From contig OX597833.1 of NCBI GenBank assembly GCA_951406725.2, forward strand, positions 65,782,001-65,846,000: a stretch of 64,000 nucleotides of DNA, given 5' to 3'. Shown here piece after piece: positions 1 through 13,666 of the stretch. This DNA is from Octopus vulgaris. Taxonomy: Eukaryota. Made by a program: the position numbers and the translations under genes. The notes beneath the pieces were generated by a model that saw only the letters and a program-made list of their open reading frames with translations, did not search any database and was not told the origin of the DNA. Every line of letters starts with the position of its first letter. The stretch's first letter is position 1.

Positions 1-222
1 GCAAAGTTGGTGGTATATTCTCCACATCGTACAAATGACGTACCGCTCACGGCGACGCTGGAGAGAGTAAAGTTTCAAGGCTTTAAGGCGATCTCAATAA
101 TCGAGAGCAGCCATGCCTTCAATTCGTTTAGTGAGTGCCCTCTGGGGTGACTCAATCCTCGAGATGTTTTGTCTTGTATGGGGAGACCACAGTGGGCAGC
201 AGTATTCGAGGAATATTCGAAG
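1..222 (-). mobile_element. CR1/L2-like LINE fragment, RT C-terminal region, with in-frame stop
   Basis: Minus strand reads LEYCCPLWSPHTRQNISRIESPQRALTKRIEGMAALDY*DRLKALKLYSLQRRRERY, matching the LEY..VWSP...LE.VQRRATK......Y.ERL..L.LYSL..RR signature of CR1/L2 ORF2; runs off the window edge. Confidence 0.8.
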
Positions 223-232
223 AAAAAAAACC

Positions 233-267
<35 letters not shown>

Positions 268-791
268 GATTAACATTGAGAATGTAAGAGACTATGTTTG
301 ATAGATATAAGGGAAAATAGTCACATCAGCAGATATTTATTCACTGCTGAAAAACAGCAGAAGAAAAAGAAGCAATCGGTCGAAGAAGAGAACAAAAGAA
401 CAGAAGTATATGAATTCTTTTGATGATAATAGTCCCATGGTAAAACGTTTATCTTTCTTCAGGATCTGTGTGTAGCTTTGTTGCATGTTGGGACTATCTT
501 TGTAAGAGATGGAGGAAACCTTTTGCCAAATCGCTAATTCTCTGTGGTCGACGGTCCAGATTAAATTGTCAAAGCCATTGCAGTTAAATAATAAGACTAT
601 TTTGTTTGTTCCCTTCTCGCATTCTCTACCACTTCATTATATATATCTATATCTATATCTACCTACCTATCTATCCCCCCCATTCTCTATCTCTCTCTCT
701 CTCTCTCTCGACATCTATATATATATATATATATATACGTACACGCATACATACATATATAGATATAGCTATATAATTGTATATACATACA

Positions 792-826
<35 letters not shown>

Positions 827-827
827 T

Positions 828-1127
<300 letters not shown>

Positions 1128-1226
1128 GTCATTTGGATACAGTTCAATATTTTGAAAAAATGCTTTTGTAAAAAATTTCTCTATATCGTGTCTGAGAACT
1201 AGCTTCCTTGTAGGGCTTAGAGGTGA

Positions 1227-1544
1227 GGGCGCGTGGCTTAGTGGTTAGGGCATTCGGCTCATGATCGTAAGGTTGTGAGTTCGATTCCCGGCGACGCGTT
1301 GTGTCCTTGAGCAAGACACTTTATTTCACGTTGCTCCAGTCCACTCAGCTGGCAAAAATGAGTTGTACTTGTATTTCAAAGGGTCAGCCTTGTCACTCTC
1401 TGTGTCACGCTGATTATCCCCGAGAACTACGTTAAGGGTACACGTGTCTGTGGAATGCTCAGCCATTTGCACGTTAATTTCACGAGCAAGCTGTTCCGTT
1501 GATTCGGATCAGCTGGGACCCTCGTCGTCGTAACCGGCGGAGTC
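1227..1544 (+). mobile_element. tRNA-derived CORE-type SINE, family 1, full length
   Basis: A box TGGCTTAGTGG, B box GTTCGATTCC, CORE-like GTGTCCTTGAGCAAGACACTT, tail ending GTCGTAACCGGCGGAGT; other copies at 11400 (-) and 3741 (-). Confidence 0.9.
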
Positions 1545-1547
1545 TTT

Positions 1548-1700
1548 AAGGGCTTAGAGAAATCCAATGCCTTAGACAGAAGTTGTCTCGATATAGACGG
1601 ATAGAAATCAGCTGTATCAGATTGGGTGAACCTTACTCTATTCTTGCCACCGATTTTAAACCATGTTGTGAAGTCGCAGGTATTGCGCCAGTGGTCGAAG
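1548..1700 (-). mobile_element. Penelope-like element RT relic
   Basis: Minus strand HWRNTCDFTTWFKIGGKNRVRFTQSDTADFYPSISRQLLSKALDF resembles the PLE RT motif QW.NT..VI.WF......F.QFDI.DFYPSI...LL..AL.F. Confidence 0.7.
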
Positions 1701-2080
1701 CTGTTAAAGGAAAGTACCGTGGAATACAGCATAAAGAGAAAATTCTTCAGAGAATTTTACCAGCCAGATTATGTACAAACGAGATAATACATATTAAAAT
1801 ACTCTCAGTACGCAGTGATCTACCTAAATTGCAGAAATGAGATTTGTAACCCTTGCCCACATGAAAGAAGCTATATTTTGTCGAAGCTGTTAAAGGAAAG
1901 TACCGTGGAATACAGCATAAAGAGAAAATTCTTCAGAGAATTTTACCAGCTGCAGAAAATGCAGATTATGTACAAACGAGATAATACACATTACAATACT
2001 CTCAGTACGCAGTGATCTACCTAAATTGCAGAAATGAGATTTGTAACCCTTGCCCACATGAAAGAAGCTATATTTTGTCG
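1693..2080. repeat. Tandem duplication of a ~190-bp unique segment
   Basis: GTCGAAGCTGTTAAAGGAAAGTACCGTGG... starts at ~1693 and ~1880; copies near-identical with a small indel. Confidence 0.9.
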
Positions 2081-2496
2081 TACCTACGATACAACAATTC
2101 TCCGCGTTCGGCCCTTTCCCCACCATAGCATGAGAACCCAGCAACGCGTTTAATGAAAACATGCTCAAACAAACTCACAGATTCATATGCACCCTAACAT
2201 GGGCTTAAACGTTCGGAAACCCGTCCAGCATCAGCTACAGCCTTCCGAAAACCTCTAGACGTGCTATACCCTAAACATAAATTCCAACGCTACACGGGTA
2301 CCCGTTCATAACCCCTACACATATTTTTAGAAAATACTTCTTGACCTACAGCATCTTACAGAGATTAGGAGCGAAGAGCATAACTCATGATAAAACCCAT
2401 ACTCATTTTGTTTCTTTTTTCACAGTATCCACAAACCAGATGTGTTTTATTCACTTCCAGTAACAAAGAACCATTGCCTTGTATTTTCTATAACTT

Positions 2497-2580
2497 TTAT
2501 CTCTGATGAGCGCATGGTATTATGTAACTGTGCCATTAGTCACTGTTCGGTTAATACCTTGTGTGAAACCTGTAATACTA
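2497..2580 (+). ncRNA. Hammerhead-ribozyme-like motif, PLE type, partly degenerate
   Basis: CTGATGA (2503-2509), long stem II GCGCATGGTATTA/TAATACCTTGTGT, GAAAC-CT-GTA, then AATAAA; stem I poor. Confidence 0.45.
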
Positions 2581-2892
2581 TACACTTTGATTAATAAATA
2601 AATATACGTGCATAAGTATGTATGTATATCATCATCAGCATCATCATCATCATTATTGTATTTTAATTTGTTTTTTGCTTTCTGTTTGGTCTTTTTATTT
2701 TGTAAGTTTTAAATTTATATATTTTTGTAGTTTTGCAGAAACTCGAAAGTCTTCATGATTGATTTAAGCTGTGTTAAGATCAACTGTGTTTTGTCAAAGG
2801 AAGACCTTTATCACTACATTTATTCTCGCCATTGCACAAACACAGAACAACAAAGAATAACAGCAATATCAGAACAAAACATAAGCAAAGAA

Positions 2893-2932
<40 letters not shown>

Positions 2933-3484
2933 GAAACAATAAAATAAATAAGAGCATACGTTAATAGTTAAGAATTCTGCAGTGTTTTTTTTTTGTTCTT
3001 TTTTTGTTTTTGTTTTTGTTTTGTTTTTGTTCTGTTTTTTCTTTTTGCTTCAAAGTATAAGAAAGTCTGATGACGAGAAATAAATTGACTGATAATAACA
3101 TGGCGGGGGAGAGAGACTTGCGAAAAATAATGGAGGGGGGTATTTGAGAGATTGAGTGAGTGATTGTGTTTGAGAGAGACAGAGACAGGAAGCGAGAGAG
3201 AAACAGAGGGAGAAACAGAGAGAAACGGAGAGAAACGCACAGTCAGGCAGAGAGTGTATCAAAGAGAGTGAGTGTGGAGAACGGGTAAGGAAGATGAAAT
3301 GGGAGATAGTGAGATAGAAGATATAGTAGAAGAGAGAGAGAGAGAGAGAGAAAATGTGAGAAGGAAGACAGAGGGGGGGAAGATATAATGAGAAAGTTTT
3401 TAACTGACTTAGAGGGCGAAAAAATACGGATTGAGAGAGAGAGAAAGAAAATAAAGTGGAAGTGAAAAGGGGTGAGTGATAGAG

Positions 3485-3551
<67 letters not shown>

Positions 3552-3740
3552 GAGAGAGGGAGAGAGAGAGAGAGAGTTAACATGAGAAGGGGATAAATAG
3601 ATAGAAAGAGAGCTAGAAATGAGGAAAAATAGAGGAGGAGTGTGAAAGAAGAAGAAAGAAAGAGTTTGTGGTAGAAAGTGAGGGGGGAAAATACTGAGAG
3701 AGATGCGGAGTTGTGAGAGAAGTGAGAGAAGACAGAGAGT

Positions 3741-3809
3741 AACTGGTACTCCGTCGGTTACGATGACGAGTGTTCTAGTTTGTCCGATCATCAAAAGAGC
3801 CTGCTCGTG
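3741..3809 (-). mobile_element. SINE family 1 tail fragment
   Basis: Reverse complement of the tail of the 1227 copy. Confidence 0.75.
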
Positions 3810-3814
3810 TGTAT

Positions 3815-3990
3815 AGAGAGAGTTCACGAAAAAGAAAAAAGACGGAGACAGGTGGTGTACAAAACAAACAGATGTATTAGTATAACGCTCAGGAATAAAA
3901 AAAAGTCTTTTACGTTTCGAGCCTACGCTCTTCTACAGAAAGGGACACAGAAAAGACGAGGAGAGAAAAAAGGAGAGGAAAAATTGGAGA
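3815..3990 (-). mobile_element. ~190-bp HHR-bearing short element (family H1)
   Basis: Minus strand CTTT-CTGTAGA-A-GAGC-GTAG-GCTC-GAAACGTA-AAAG at 3907-3942; homologous to 22165 and 56157. Confidence 0.8.
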
Positions 3991-4092
3991 GAAAAAAGAG
4001 TATAGATGAACACTAACGCTTACATTTGTTTATAAAGGGAGATATACAAACTGACATACATGTACACATACACATACATAAACACACGCATG

Positions 4093-4135
<43 letters not shown>

Positions 4136-4882
4136 GTGTGTGTGTAGGGGTGTAAATGTGTTTGTGTATGTGTGTGCGTGTGTCTCTATGTGTCTGTGAG
4201 TGTATAGCGTCCATACGTACATATATACACAGTATGAGTCGGAAACTGACATATTTAGACGTATATCGTAACAGGCTGAGAAACGTCTCCGCATATACAC
4301 ACATACACACACAAACACCTTCATACATGAAACCACACAAAAATATACATCAGCCTTACAAGTGATTACACAAGCGCACACTCATACACACACATATGAC
4401 ACACAAATACACACACATAAACACACAGACATACACGCAGATACACACAAGTACACGCACATTTGTGGATATATTGAGTCCTACAGTAACGGCACTCGTA
4501 ATTTCAGAAACTGCAAACTGCTGATTTAGGAATCTTATGCATAATGTATGATATGCGTATAAAGATATGATGCATTCATATTTTATATACGCATAGGTGT
4601 ATAATTATATTAATATATATCTTCATATTTATATATAGTGTATATATATGTGTGTCTGCGTGTGTGTGTGTGTGTAAACAATGTGAATGTGTTATCTATG
4701 ATATTTAAGTAATATGTGTGATTTGTATTACATGATGTATATCTGTGCTAGGGTTGTATATATATATATATATAAAAGTAGATATAAATTATATATGTTG
4801 ATATATATATGTGGATATATATATATATATATATATACATACATACACACACCCACACACACACATATATATATATACATCC

Positions 4883-4931
<49 letters not shown>

Positions 4932-5195
4932 CATAGGTACGTACATACATGCATGCATAAATACATACATACATACACACATAAATAAATACATACATAT
5001 ATACATACATACATACTCATGTATATTTCATGCGGATACATATGTCGTGATAATTAATCTCCATAACACATATAACATTAATGTATATAATATTCGTGTA
5101 CAATATCTATATCAAAATGACATAACATATTATATCTTTGTTTCATATCAAATATATCATGGGCAATAAAAAACAATATACATAAATATATTTAT

Positions 5196-5254
<59 letters not shown>

Positions 5255-5479
5255 TGTATGTATATATATATATATAATTGCTCAATGTATTTAGAAATAA
5301 TACATTAAGATAATGTTGCAATTTACTATTTTGAGGGTCATATTTGAAGGACGACCTGCCGATATTTGAGACATGGAGGAATCGCAGTAATCTCGTTCTG
5401 TATTGAATGTTTTGTCTTACTCTTCATTTATGTCACAAGTTCAAATCTCTTGTGCTGCCTCTTCGATTTTCTCTCTCTC

Positions 5480-5523
<44 letters not shown>

Positions 5524-5689
5524 CTCTCTCTCACACACACACTCTTTTTCAAATGAATAGTGTGAAATAACGGTGATATAGTTATAAAGGAGGAAAGGAC
5601 GTACTTTAATCGCTTAAGACCATGGATTTGTGCAGTGTGTTCAAAAAGTCTCACCGCAGAATGTTTAATTCATCCTGCGCATCACCACG

Positions 5690-5795
<106 letters not shown>

Positions 5796-5801
5796 CATAT
5801 A

Positions 5802-5966
5802 GACGCAGGAGTGGCTGTTTGGTAAGTAGCTTGCTAACCAACCACATGGTTCCGGGTTCAGTCCCACTGCGTGGCATCTTGGGCAAGTGTCTTCTGCTAT
5901 AGCCCCGGGCCGACCAATGCCTTGTGAGTGGATTTGGTAGACGGAAACTGAAAGAAGCCTGTCGTA

Positions 5967-6006
<40 letters not shown>

Positions 6007-6241
6007 TGTGTGTGAATATGTTTGTGTGTCTGTGTTTGTTCCCCTAGCATTGCTTGACAACCGATGCTGGTGTGTTTACGTCCCCGTCACTTAGCGGTTC
6101 GGCAAAAGAGACCGATAGAATAAGTACTGGGCTTACAAAGAATAAGTCCCGGGGTCGATTTGCTCGACTAAAGGCGGTGCTCCAGCATGGCCGCAGTCAA
6201 ATGACTGAAACAAGTAAAAAGAGTAAAAAAGAAAAAGAGTA
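5802..6241 (+). mobile_element. tRNA-derived CORE-type SINE, family 2, full length, with internal (TA)/(TG) tract
   Basis: Head GGAGTGGCTGT.TGGTAAG...GGGTTCAGTCCC, CORE-like ATCTTGGGCAAGTGTCTT, tail ...ATGACTGAAACAAGTAAAA; near-identical to the 47290 copy. Confidence 0.92.
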
Positions 6242-6294
6242 ATACATACATATATATGTATATTTATATATGTATGTATATATATATACATACA

Positions 6295-6328
<34 letters not shown>

Positions 6329-6369
6329 CATACATACAAGTCAAAGTGTAGGTGTGCGCGCGTTATTTG

Positions 6370-6515
6370 CCTCTTTGTCCCATACCACCAAAACTTTAGA
6401 GCTGGTGTTGGTTTGTTTACGTCCACATAGCTTCGCGGTTCTGCAATAATGACGATAGAATAAGTGCTCACAAATGCGGTGCCCCGGACCCACAACCGTC
6501 CAATGAGTGAAACAA
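6370..6515 (+). mobile_element. Degenerate family 2 SINE tail
   Basis: GCTGGTGTTGGTTTGTTTACGTCC...GATAGAATAAGT...ATGAGTGAAACAA. Confidence 0.6.
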
Positions 6516-6534
6516 ATGTGTGTGTATACATATC

Positions 6535-6566
<32 letters not shown>

Positions 6567-6924
6567 CGTGTGTGTGTGTGTGTGCGTGTGTGCGTGTGTG
6601 TGTGTGTGTGTGCATGTGTGTATCTGTGTGTGTCTGTGTAATTGCTCATATTTCCTGTACTTAGTCTAATCCTGTAGTGAATATGAATCAGGCACCTAAT
6701 GCTGGCTTGCGAGTCAAAATAACATTTATTATAAATAGTGGACATAGATTTTGACATTTAGCCGATACTTGCTTCTCAAAACTATATTTGGAAGACAGTA
6801 TCGGCAAAACGTCGAAGTAAACAGCCACCATTCATAACAAATACTTAACATATATGTGTGTGTGTGTATACAAATAAATACATGCACATATGTATATATA
6901 TACATACATATATATATAGAGAGA

Positions 6925-6981
<57 letters not shown>

Positions 6982-7819
6982 TTTCTATATATATAGATAC
7001 TTATTTATATTCTATATAGATGTGGATATATATATGTGTATGTATGTATGTATTTACTATACTATACTATACTATAAAACTTTACACACATATTTATACG
7101 TATATACATAAATATATGCATATTCCATGTACACACGTATATATATATATATATATATATATTTGTTATAATATTCAATAAAATCTAAATATATCGTCAC
7201 GTAGGCCACCATGTTTTACACTATGTTAAAACAAACAAGAAGTTATCAAATGTTGGCATGATTTTGTTATTATGTAAGTATGAAATCCAACCTTGAGTTG
7301 TTATTCGGTACCTCGTAGGTATAAAAAGAACACAAATGGGTTTTTAAATTTATAGTTGTTTCCGTAGTATTGTATTGGTGTATTTTTAGATTACGTCATA
7401 GCATGTAATCCACGATCTTCAGATAAAGTTTTAGAAGAGTACAAACAGGTGAGATATGATCATAATGATGACGAATCCAACATTGTTGGATAAGTGGTAT
7501 TTAAAAGAATAATAATCGAATTAATAGAGGAATTGGGAAGGATTTAAACTGGTATGCGAAGAACAAAGAGATCAAACAACTATTATTTCAAAACACCTTA
7601 ATTAGTTTACAGTCAATACTGGCTATGATAATGTACGAGAATTCCAGGTATGCTGCAGCCAAGAGATGCAATTTAGGTCATTTACATCGAGGCAGATATG
7701 TCAGGTAAGTGAGATAGAAGAAAACAAAACTGCCATCGTCTTTTCACACGCATACATACACTCACACACACACATATACATTCATACAGGTATATGTATG
7801 TGTGTGTGTGCGTGTGTGT

Positions 7820-7884
<65 letters not shown>

Positions 7885-8334
7885 TGCATCGCTCGAATAA
7901 TGAACGCTTCTAATTAAATTTTATTAACAATGTTTTCTTAATCTGAATAATTAAGACTTTTCCCGTCAATTATTGCCATTTCTCACCACTTGTGATTCTT
8001 CTATTTTTTTTTTTTGTATTTTTAGATTGATGATTGAAAGCTAAAGACAGACATACAAATGATTAACGCATATGACTGAAAGAAATTCTTTAGCAATTAT
8101 TTGTTTCATCCTCATTTTTAGAGCTTCAATAGTTCTACTTTCAAGTTTATTTACATGTTTGTGTCACGTGTGCAAGATGCCAAACTTCTGCGGTGTTCTT
8201 TCGTTCTTGGAATGCTTTTCCAACGAACTTTTGCCGTTTAAAAGACGATGAAAGGATTTTTATCCACAGTAAAGTAGATTCAGTCTGTAAACTGAGATCA
8301 ACATTTATATGCTGCGGTAACAATCTTCCTCGGT

Positions 8335-8610
8335 GAGGTCCAGAAGTTGGCGGAGTAGAAAGGAGTTTTCGCTGCATCCGTCAAACTTGATGAAGCCGCG
8401 TTGCGCCGGGTTGAGGGGTGTTGCTCTGAGAATCCTGGCGGCTAGGATGTTCGTGTTCAAACGATAAGCCGTGGAGCACATCATAAGTGGACGCCAGTTA
8501 GACAGGTCATGAGGGCTGCCCGCCTTCATACGAAGGAAGACTCACCTGCCACGTGACAGATTCTTCGGAACGCGAACCGCCAGGAGTGAACAGTTGAAAA
8601 CATTGCTGTT
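8335..8610 (-). mobile_element. R2/NeSL-like RLE non-LTR RT relic (domains 1-2a)
   Basis: NVFNCSLLAVRVPKNLSRGR*VFLRMKAGSPHDLSNWRPLMMCSTAYRLNTNILAARILRATPLNPAQRGFIKFDGCSENSFLLRQLL, with the NWRP..., QRGF...DGC.EN motifs. Confidence 0.8.
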
Positions 8611-9354
8611 CCGACGAACTTTTCCCGTGTAAAAGACAATGAAAGAATTTTTTATCCACAGTAAAGCAGATTTAATCTGTAAATTGAGTTCAAGATTTAT
8701 ATGCTACAGTAATAATCTTCCGTTAATCAAACAGAGAGGTGAAGTGCATTGTTCATTTGAGATAATGCATTGTTCTACTATTTTTGTTAGGAACACTAAG
8801 CAAATTGTTTTTTGTCACATTCACTCAAGGCAAGTTTCGTAAATATCAAAGTTCGAAGAGTAGCTGTCTTTAAGAACATAGCATGTAATTCCTTGACATT
8901 ATACTAGTCATAATTACCAGGTATCGGTTGAAAATAATAGTTTTAATGAAATTAATACAGGCACTAGCAGCGTCTGCTGATTAAAATACAGCACTTTATG
9001 ACATTTTAATCTGATGTTGTTTGAACTGCGTATATATATTTAATTGTAGCTTGGTTACCTTTCGCACAAATGATTAAATGTTTTGTGCTCCCATTTGCAG
9101 ATAGGAGATAACACTGTAACGTACGATTTAACTCAGTACATCCGGTATTTTGTTCACTGAGGAGGTGAAATTATGTCGAAAGTATGTCTGGCGATCCACC
9201 GACGTTCTGACGAAGCCGCATATGAGCGTGTGTGTGTGAGTGTGTGTGTGTGCATGTGTGTGTGCGTATGTGTGTATGTCTGTGCATGTGTGTGTGTATG
9301 TATATATGTTTATATATTCTTTCTCTCCTTCCACTTCCGGTCACTTCAGAAATA

Positions 9355-9551
9355 TAACCACACGTAGATTGTTGGTGATTTTTTCCTTATTTTTTCTTTC
9401 TTACTCTTTTGACTTTCCTGTTTCCGACGAAGAGCTATGCTCGAAACGTTAACAACTGTCTCCTTTCCCAGAGCATCAAATTGATATATTCGTAGTGCGC
9501 ATCCTCTCGTTCATTTTTTTCTCTGTTTTTTAATTGTTTGTTCTTTAAATT

Positions 9552-9556
<5 letters not shown>
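9355..9556 (+). mobile_element. Diverged H1-related HHR element
   Basis: CCGACGA-A-GAGC-TAT-GCTC-GAAACGTT at 9424-9450; ends in (TA)n. Confidence 0.6.
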
Positions 9557-9630
<74 letters not shown>

Positions 9631-9632
9631 TG

Positions 9633-9691
<59 letters not shown>

Positions 9692-9845
9692 CATATATGA
9701 CAATTATTCGGTAGCCATGATAAAACTCCGAGTTTTTTATGTCGGGGCGGAAACCCAGACCGGCGTCTCTTCAGTTATCGGGCTATATATATATACATAC
9801 ATACATACATACATACATACATACATACATACATACATACATACA

Positions 9846-10012
9846 TACGACGGGCTTCTTTCAATTTCCCGTCTACCAAATCCACTCAGAAGGCTTTGGT
9901 CGGCCCGAGGTTATAGTAGAAAACACATACCCAAAATGTCACGGTGTGGGATTGAACCTGGAACCATGTGGTTGGGAAGCAAGCTTCTTACCACACAGCC
10001 ACACCTGCATCC
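9846..10012 (-). mobile_element. Family 2 SINE head plus CORE
   Basis: Reverse complement homologous to 5802-5965. Confidence 0.85.
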
Positions 10013-11004
10013 ATATTAATTTAATCCTAGCTTGGCTAACCTTTGCCAAAAATCATTAAATGTATCGTTTGAAACCACCATTTTTCGGATTCTCTCAGAA
10101 TATTCGTGATATTCGTCAACGAGCAAAGCTAAATGAAGTCGAACCAACGTGCTTGGTGTTCTATTGGCGTTATGATCGAAGCTCGGTATATTTAAATCAC
10201 AGGTTTCATTGTACCGTTTCTTTGAAAGTTACGCGTTTTCTTTGAAAGCTATACTCATGGGTATTATAATTCTAATGCTTTCCACAAACAAAGAATTCTT
10301 TGTACACTCCTACTTTTCGTTAACCATCTTGTGGTTGAAGTGGCATTAATTTCAATGATTCTGCCCCGGCGTTGATTAACTTCTATATTTCCATAAAAGA
10401 TTCTCTTCGCAGTGCTGTGGTGGAATCAGTTGTCATTGTCACTTTACAGACAGTCAGCGTTAAATGGTAATTCTTCAGCAACAGTGGCAGCAATATGGGG
10501 AAAAGCTTAAAATGGTAAAAGTGGCAAATGCATTTTATGAGAACCGACTTTGGATAATCTAATTTCATTACGATGCTGGGAGGATTATTAACGCCGCAAA
10601 GGTTTGAAGGTCTACCTGTCGAAATAGCAAAACCGTTTCCAATATTAATTCTCACATTACTCATGAAACTTTTCACGCCATGATGCAACACTTCAGAAGA
10701 AATTTTTTGACATGAACCAACCTTAAAACCTGGGATACAACCATATATATTGTCGTTTATTGTAATACCAAACACACACATGCGCACTCACAGACAAAAA
10801 CACATACACACAAATATACATAAGTGCTTTCAGATATAATATCAGTTGATTTATCCAAACTGAAAGTAAGCTGACGGTTACAATTTGTTCTATCGGTAAG
10901 GATAAAACAATAACATTTATATAAATGCCGTTTCAAACTGCTCTACGTAGTTTCAAACCAGCTGCTATGAATGATATAAAACTACCTTTCTTAATTGATT
11001 TTCG

Positions 11005-11390
11005 TTGGCGGCAAGCAGGTATAATCGTCATAGCATCGGAAAAATGAGCCCTGCAGTATTTCGTTGTGCTACTCTGCATTCTGTGTTCAAAATCCCGTCG
11101 AGGTTAAATTTGCCTTTCATCCCTTCTCTGTGGTCGATGAAATAAAGTACCCTTCAAAAACTAATCAACATTTGTCGATGTTAGAATTACTTTAAGGGCG
11201 GTGGACTGGCTGAACCGTTAACACTTTGAACGGAATGCCTTGCTCTTTACGTTCTGAGGTCAAGTCCCATGGAGGATAATTTTGTCTTTCATCTCTCCGG
11301 AATCGACAATATAAAATTCCTGTCAAAGATATATCGATTCACCCCCTCCTCCAAATTTTCGAACCATGTGCCTTGGTGGAAATAGAAAGC
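11005..11390 (+). mobile_element. Two old degenerate Meta-domain SINE copies
   Basis: Decayed TTGCCTTTCATCC...GTCGATGAAATAAAGTACC and TTTGTCTTTCATCTCTCCGGAATCGAC motifs. Confidence 0.6.
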
Positions 11391-11399
11391 AAAAATGGC

Positions 11400-11685
11400 A
11401 CGGTGAGGTTCCCAATTGATCTGGTCAGCAGAACAGCCTGTTCCCTGAAATAAACATGCAAGTGATTGAGCAGACTATAGACACGCGTACCCAAAGCGTA
11501 GTTCTCGGGAAGACTCAGCATGACACAGAATTTGACAAGGTTGAGCATTGGAAATATAAGGACAACTCATTTTTGCCAGCTGAGTGGACTGAAACAAAGT
11601 AAAATAAAGTGTCTTGCTCAAGGACACAACACACCATCGACTATCGACCTCACGGATTTGAGATCGTGAGCGAAATGCCCTAATC
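11400..11685 (-). mobile_element. SINE family 1 copy
   Basis: Reverse complement of the 1227 element (AAAGTGTCTTGCTCAAGGACAC). Confidence 0.85.
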
Positions 11686-12195
11686 AATCCCTTCTACTAT
11701 AAGCACAAGGCCTGAAATTGGTGGTGGGGGCTAGTCGATTACGTCGACCCCAGTATTCAACTGGTACTTAATTTATCGACTCCGAAAGGATGAAAGGCAA
11801 AGTAACGTCAGACGAAATACCTATTTCTATTTCTTTACTACCCACAAGAGGCTAAACACAGAAGAGACAAACAAGGACAGCCAAACGGATTAAGTCGATT
11901 ACATCGACCCCAGTGCGTAACTGGTACTTATTTAATCGACCCCGAAAGGATGAAAAGTAAAGTCGACCTCGGTGGAATTTGAACTCAGAACGTAGCGGCA
12001 GACGAAATACCTAATTTCTTTACTACCCACAAGGAGCTAAACACAGAGAGGACAAACAAGGACAGACAAACGGATGAAGTCGATAATATCGACCCCAGTG
12101 CGTAACTGGTAATGAAAGGCAAAGTCGACCTCGGCAGACGAAATACCGCTAAGCATTTCGCCCGGCGCGCTAACGATTCTCCCAGCTCGCCGCCC
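11686..12195 (-). mobile_element. Meta-domain SINE multimer
   Basis: One head GGCGGCGAGCTGG..., repeated Meta/tail modules with internal deletions, terminal tail TTTCAGGCCTTGTGCTTATAGTAGAAGGG. Confidence 0.85.
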
Positions 12196-12269
12196 TTAAA
12201 TACCATAATAAATGAGCAAAACACCTTCACCGAGTCGGAAATAAAGAGCGTCGCCTAACAGAACGTTCG

Positions 12270-12940
12270 ATCATCAAATAATATACAGCACTCTTTACGT
12301 TCTAATTTCAAATCATAACGAGGACAGCTTTGCCTTTCAATCCCCTGATCTGGTCGCAACTAGTAATTGGTCCACAATCTTCCTCAAAATTCCAGGCATT
12401 CACTCTATGTTAAAAAAACAATCTAAGCGCAGTAGACGTGCAGAATTGTTGGAGCGACAAACAAATAAGCCTTGCTCTATTCGTTCTGAGTTCAAATTCT
12501 ACAGAATTCACCTTCACCCTTTATACACTGAGGGGTCGATAAAAAATACATATCATGTTCTAATCGTCTGCGATGGCTACTCAAAATTTAAGGGTTACTT
12601 CCTATGATACAAAATATTCTAAAATGGCGATGGACTGACATAACTCTTAGTGCGTCGAACAAGGAGACTTGTTTTTGAGGTAGGCAGACAGCGTTTTACG
12701 ATCTGAATTCAAAGAGCGTCGAACAAAGAGCCTAGTATTTTAGGTGGGCAGACAGCGTTTTAAACGTCGAACAATAGGCTTTACATTTTACGATCTGAGT
12801 TCAAATCCACCAAGTTCAGCTTTACCATTCATCCTTTCGTGTTTGATAAAAGAAAATTACCTGTCAATAACTCGGGTACAGATATTCGAACAGCCACCTT
12901 CGCTTCTAAAATCAATGGCTTTGTACACAAATTGGTAATT
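12270..12940 (+). mobile_element. Cluster of decayed Meta-domain SINE fragments
   Basis: Repeated GTTCTGAGTTCAAATT / TTCATCCTTT / GGGGTCGATAAA remnants. Confidence 0.55.
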
Positions 12941-13587
12941 CTATGTTCTCTTTAATGACAGACGAAACAAATGTTTGCACAAGAACAACAAATCTTGCTA
13001 AATGTAGTTCAAATTTTGCAAATTTGCTATGGTTAAAGCGTTAAAAAAATGATAAATTGTTGCAAATGTTAGTCTATGAGAGAACTGCTTTGTGAGTTGT
13101 AGTCGTAGTACTACCGAATGATTAAGATGTTTGCTTCGTAGTCACGTGGTCCTGTGTTCATGTATACTACTTTTAGCTTATTCATAAACATATATATATA
13201 TACTTACAGTAATAGAATATGATATCTATATACAAATACTCACACACCCACTCACATATATATATGTATGTATTATGTATGTATGTATGTATGTATGTAT
13301 GTACAGAGATAGTTGAAGAAATGTATGAAGACGACGAGAAAAGAAAAAGAGAGAGGCGGAGAGATGATGAGGAAGAGAGTGAAAGATAAAGATACATGCT
13401 GAAGAACTGATTGTGTGAAGCGTGGGAGACGGTGTGAAGGAACGGCAGCGGCGATGGCGGAGATAAGAAGTCGGAAATGTTGATAAAAGAAAATATGGCG
13501 GTGAGTGTCGCAGATCCGGGAAAAAATACAATTGAGAGAAATCTATGTTTATATATATATATATATATGTGTGTGTATATATATATT

Positions 13588-13654
<67 letters not shown>

Positions 13655-13666
<12 letters not shown>

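Noticed and set aside
1227-1300. tRNA genes at SINE heads (also ~27100-27172)
   Set aside because: They continue into CORE and tail sequence, with no proper acceptor stem
7390-7710. Possible small exons with AG/GT signals (also 14453-14567 minus, 16190-16440 minus, 23790-23915)
   Set aside because: Translations are unrecognisable or contain stops, and cannot be joined into a gene
9150-9215. CTGAGGA...GAAA motif; also CTGAAGA at ~9770 (minus), CTGATGA at ~23020 and CTGACA...GAAACGTC at ~4246
   Set aside because: Stems I-III cannot be formed consistently
10383-10787. 134-aa non-repetitive ORF
   Set aside because: No recognisable motif; length is compatible with chance
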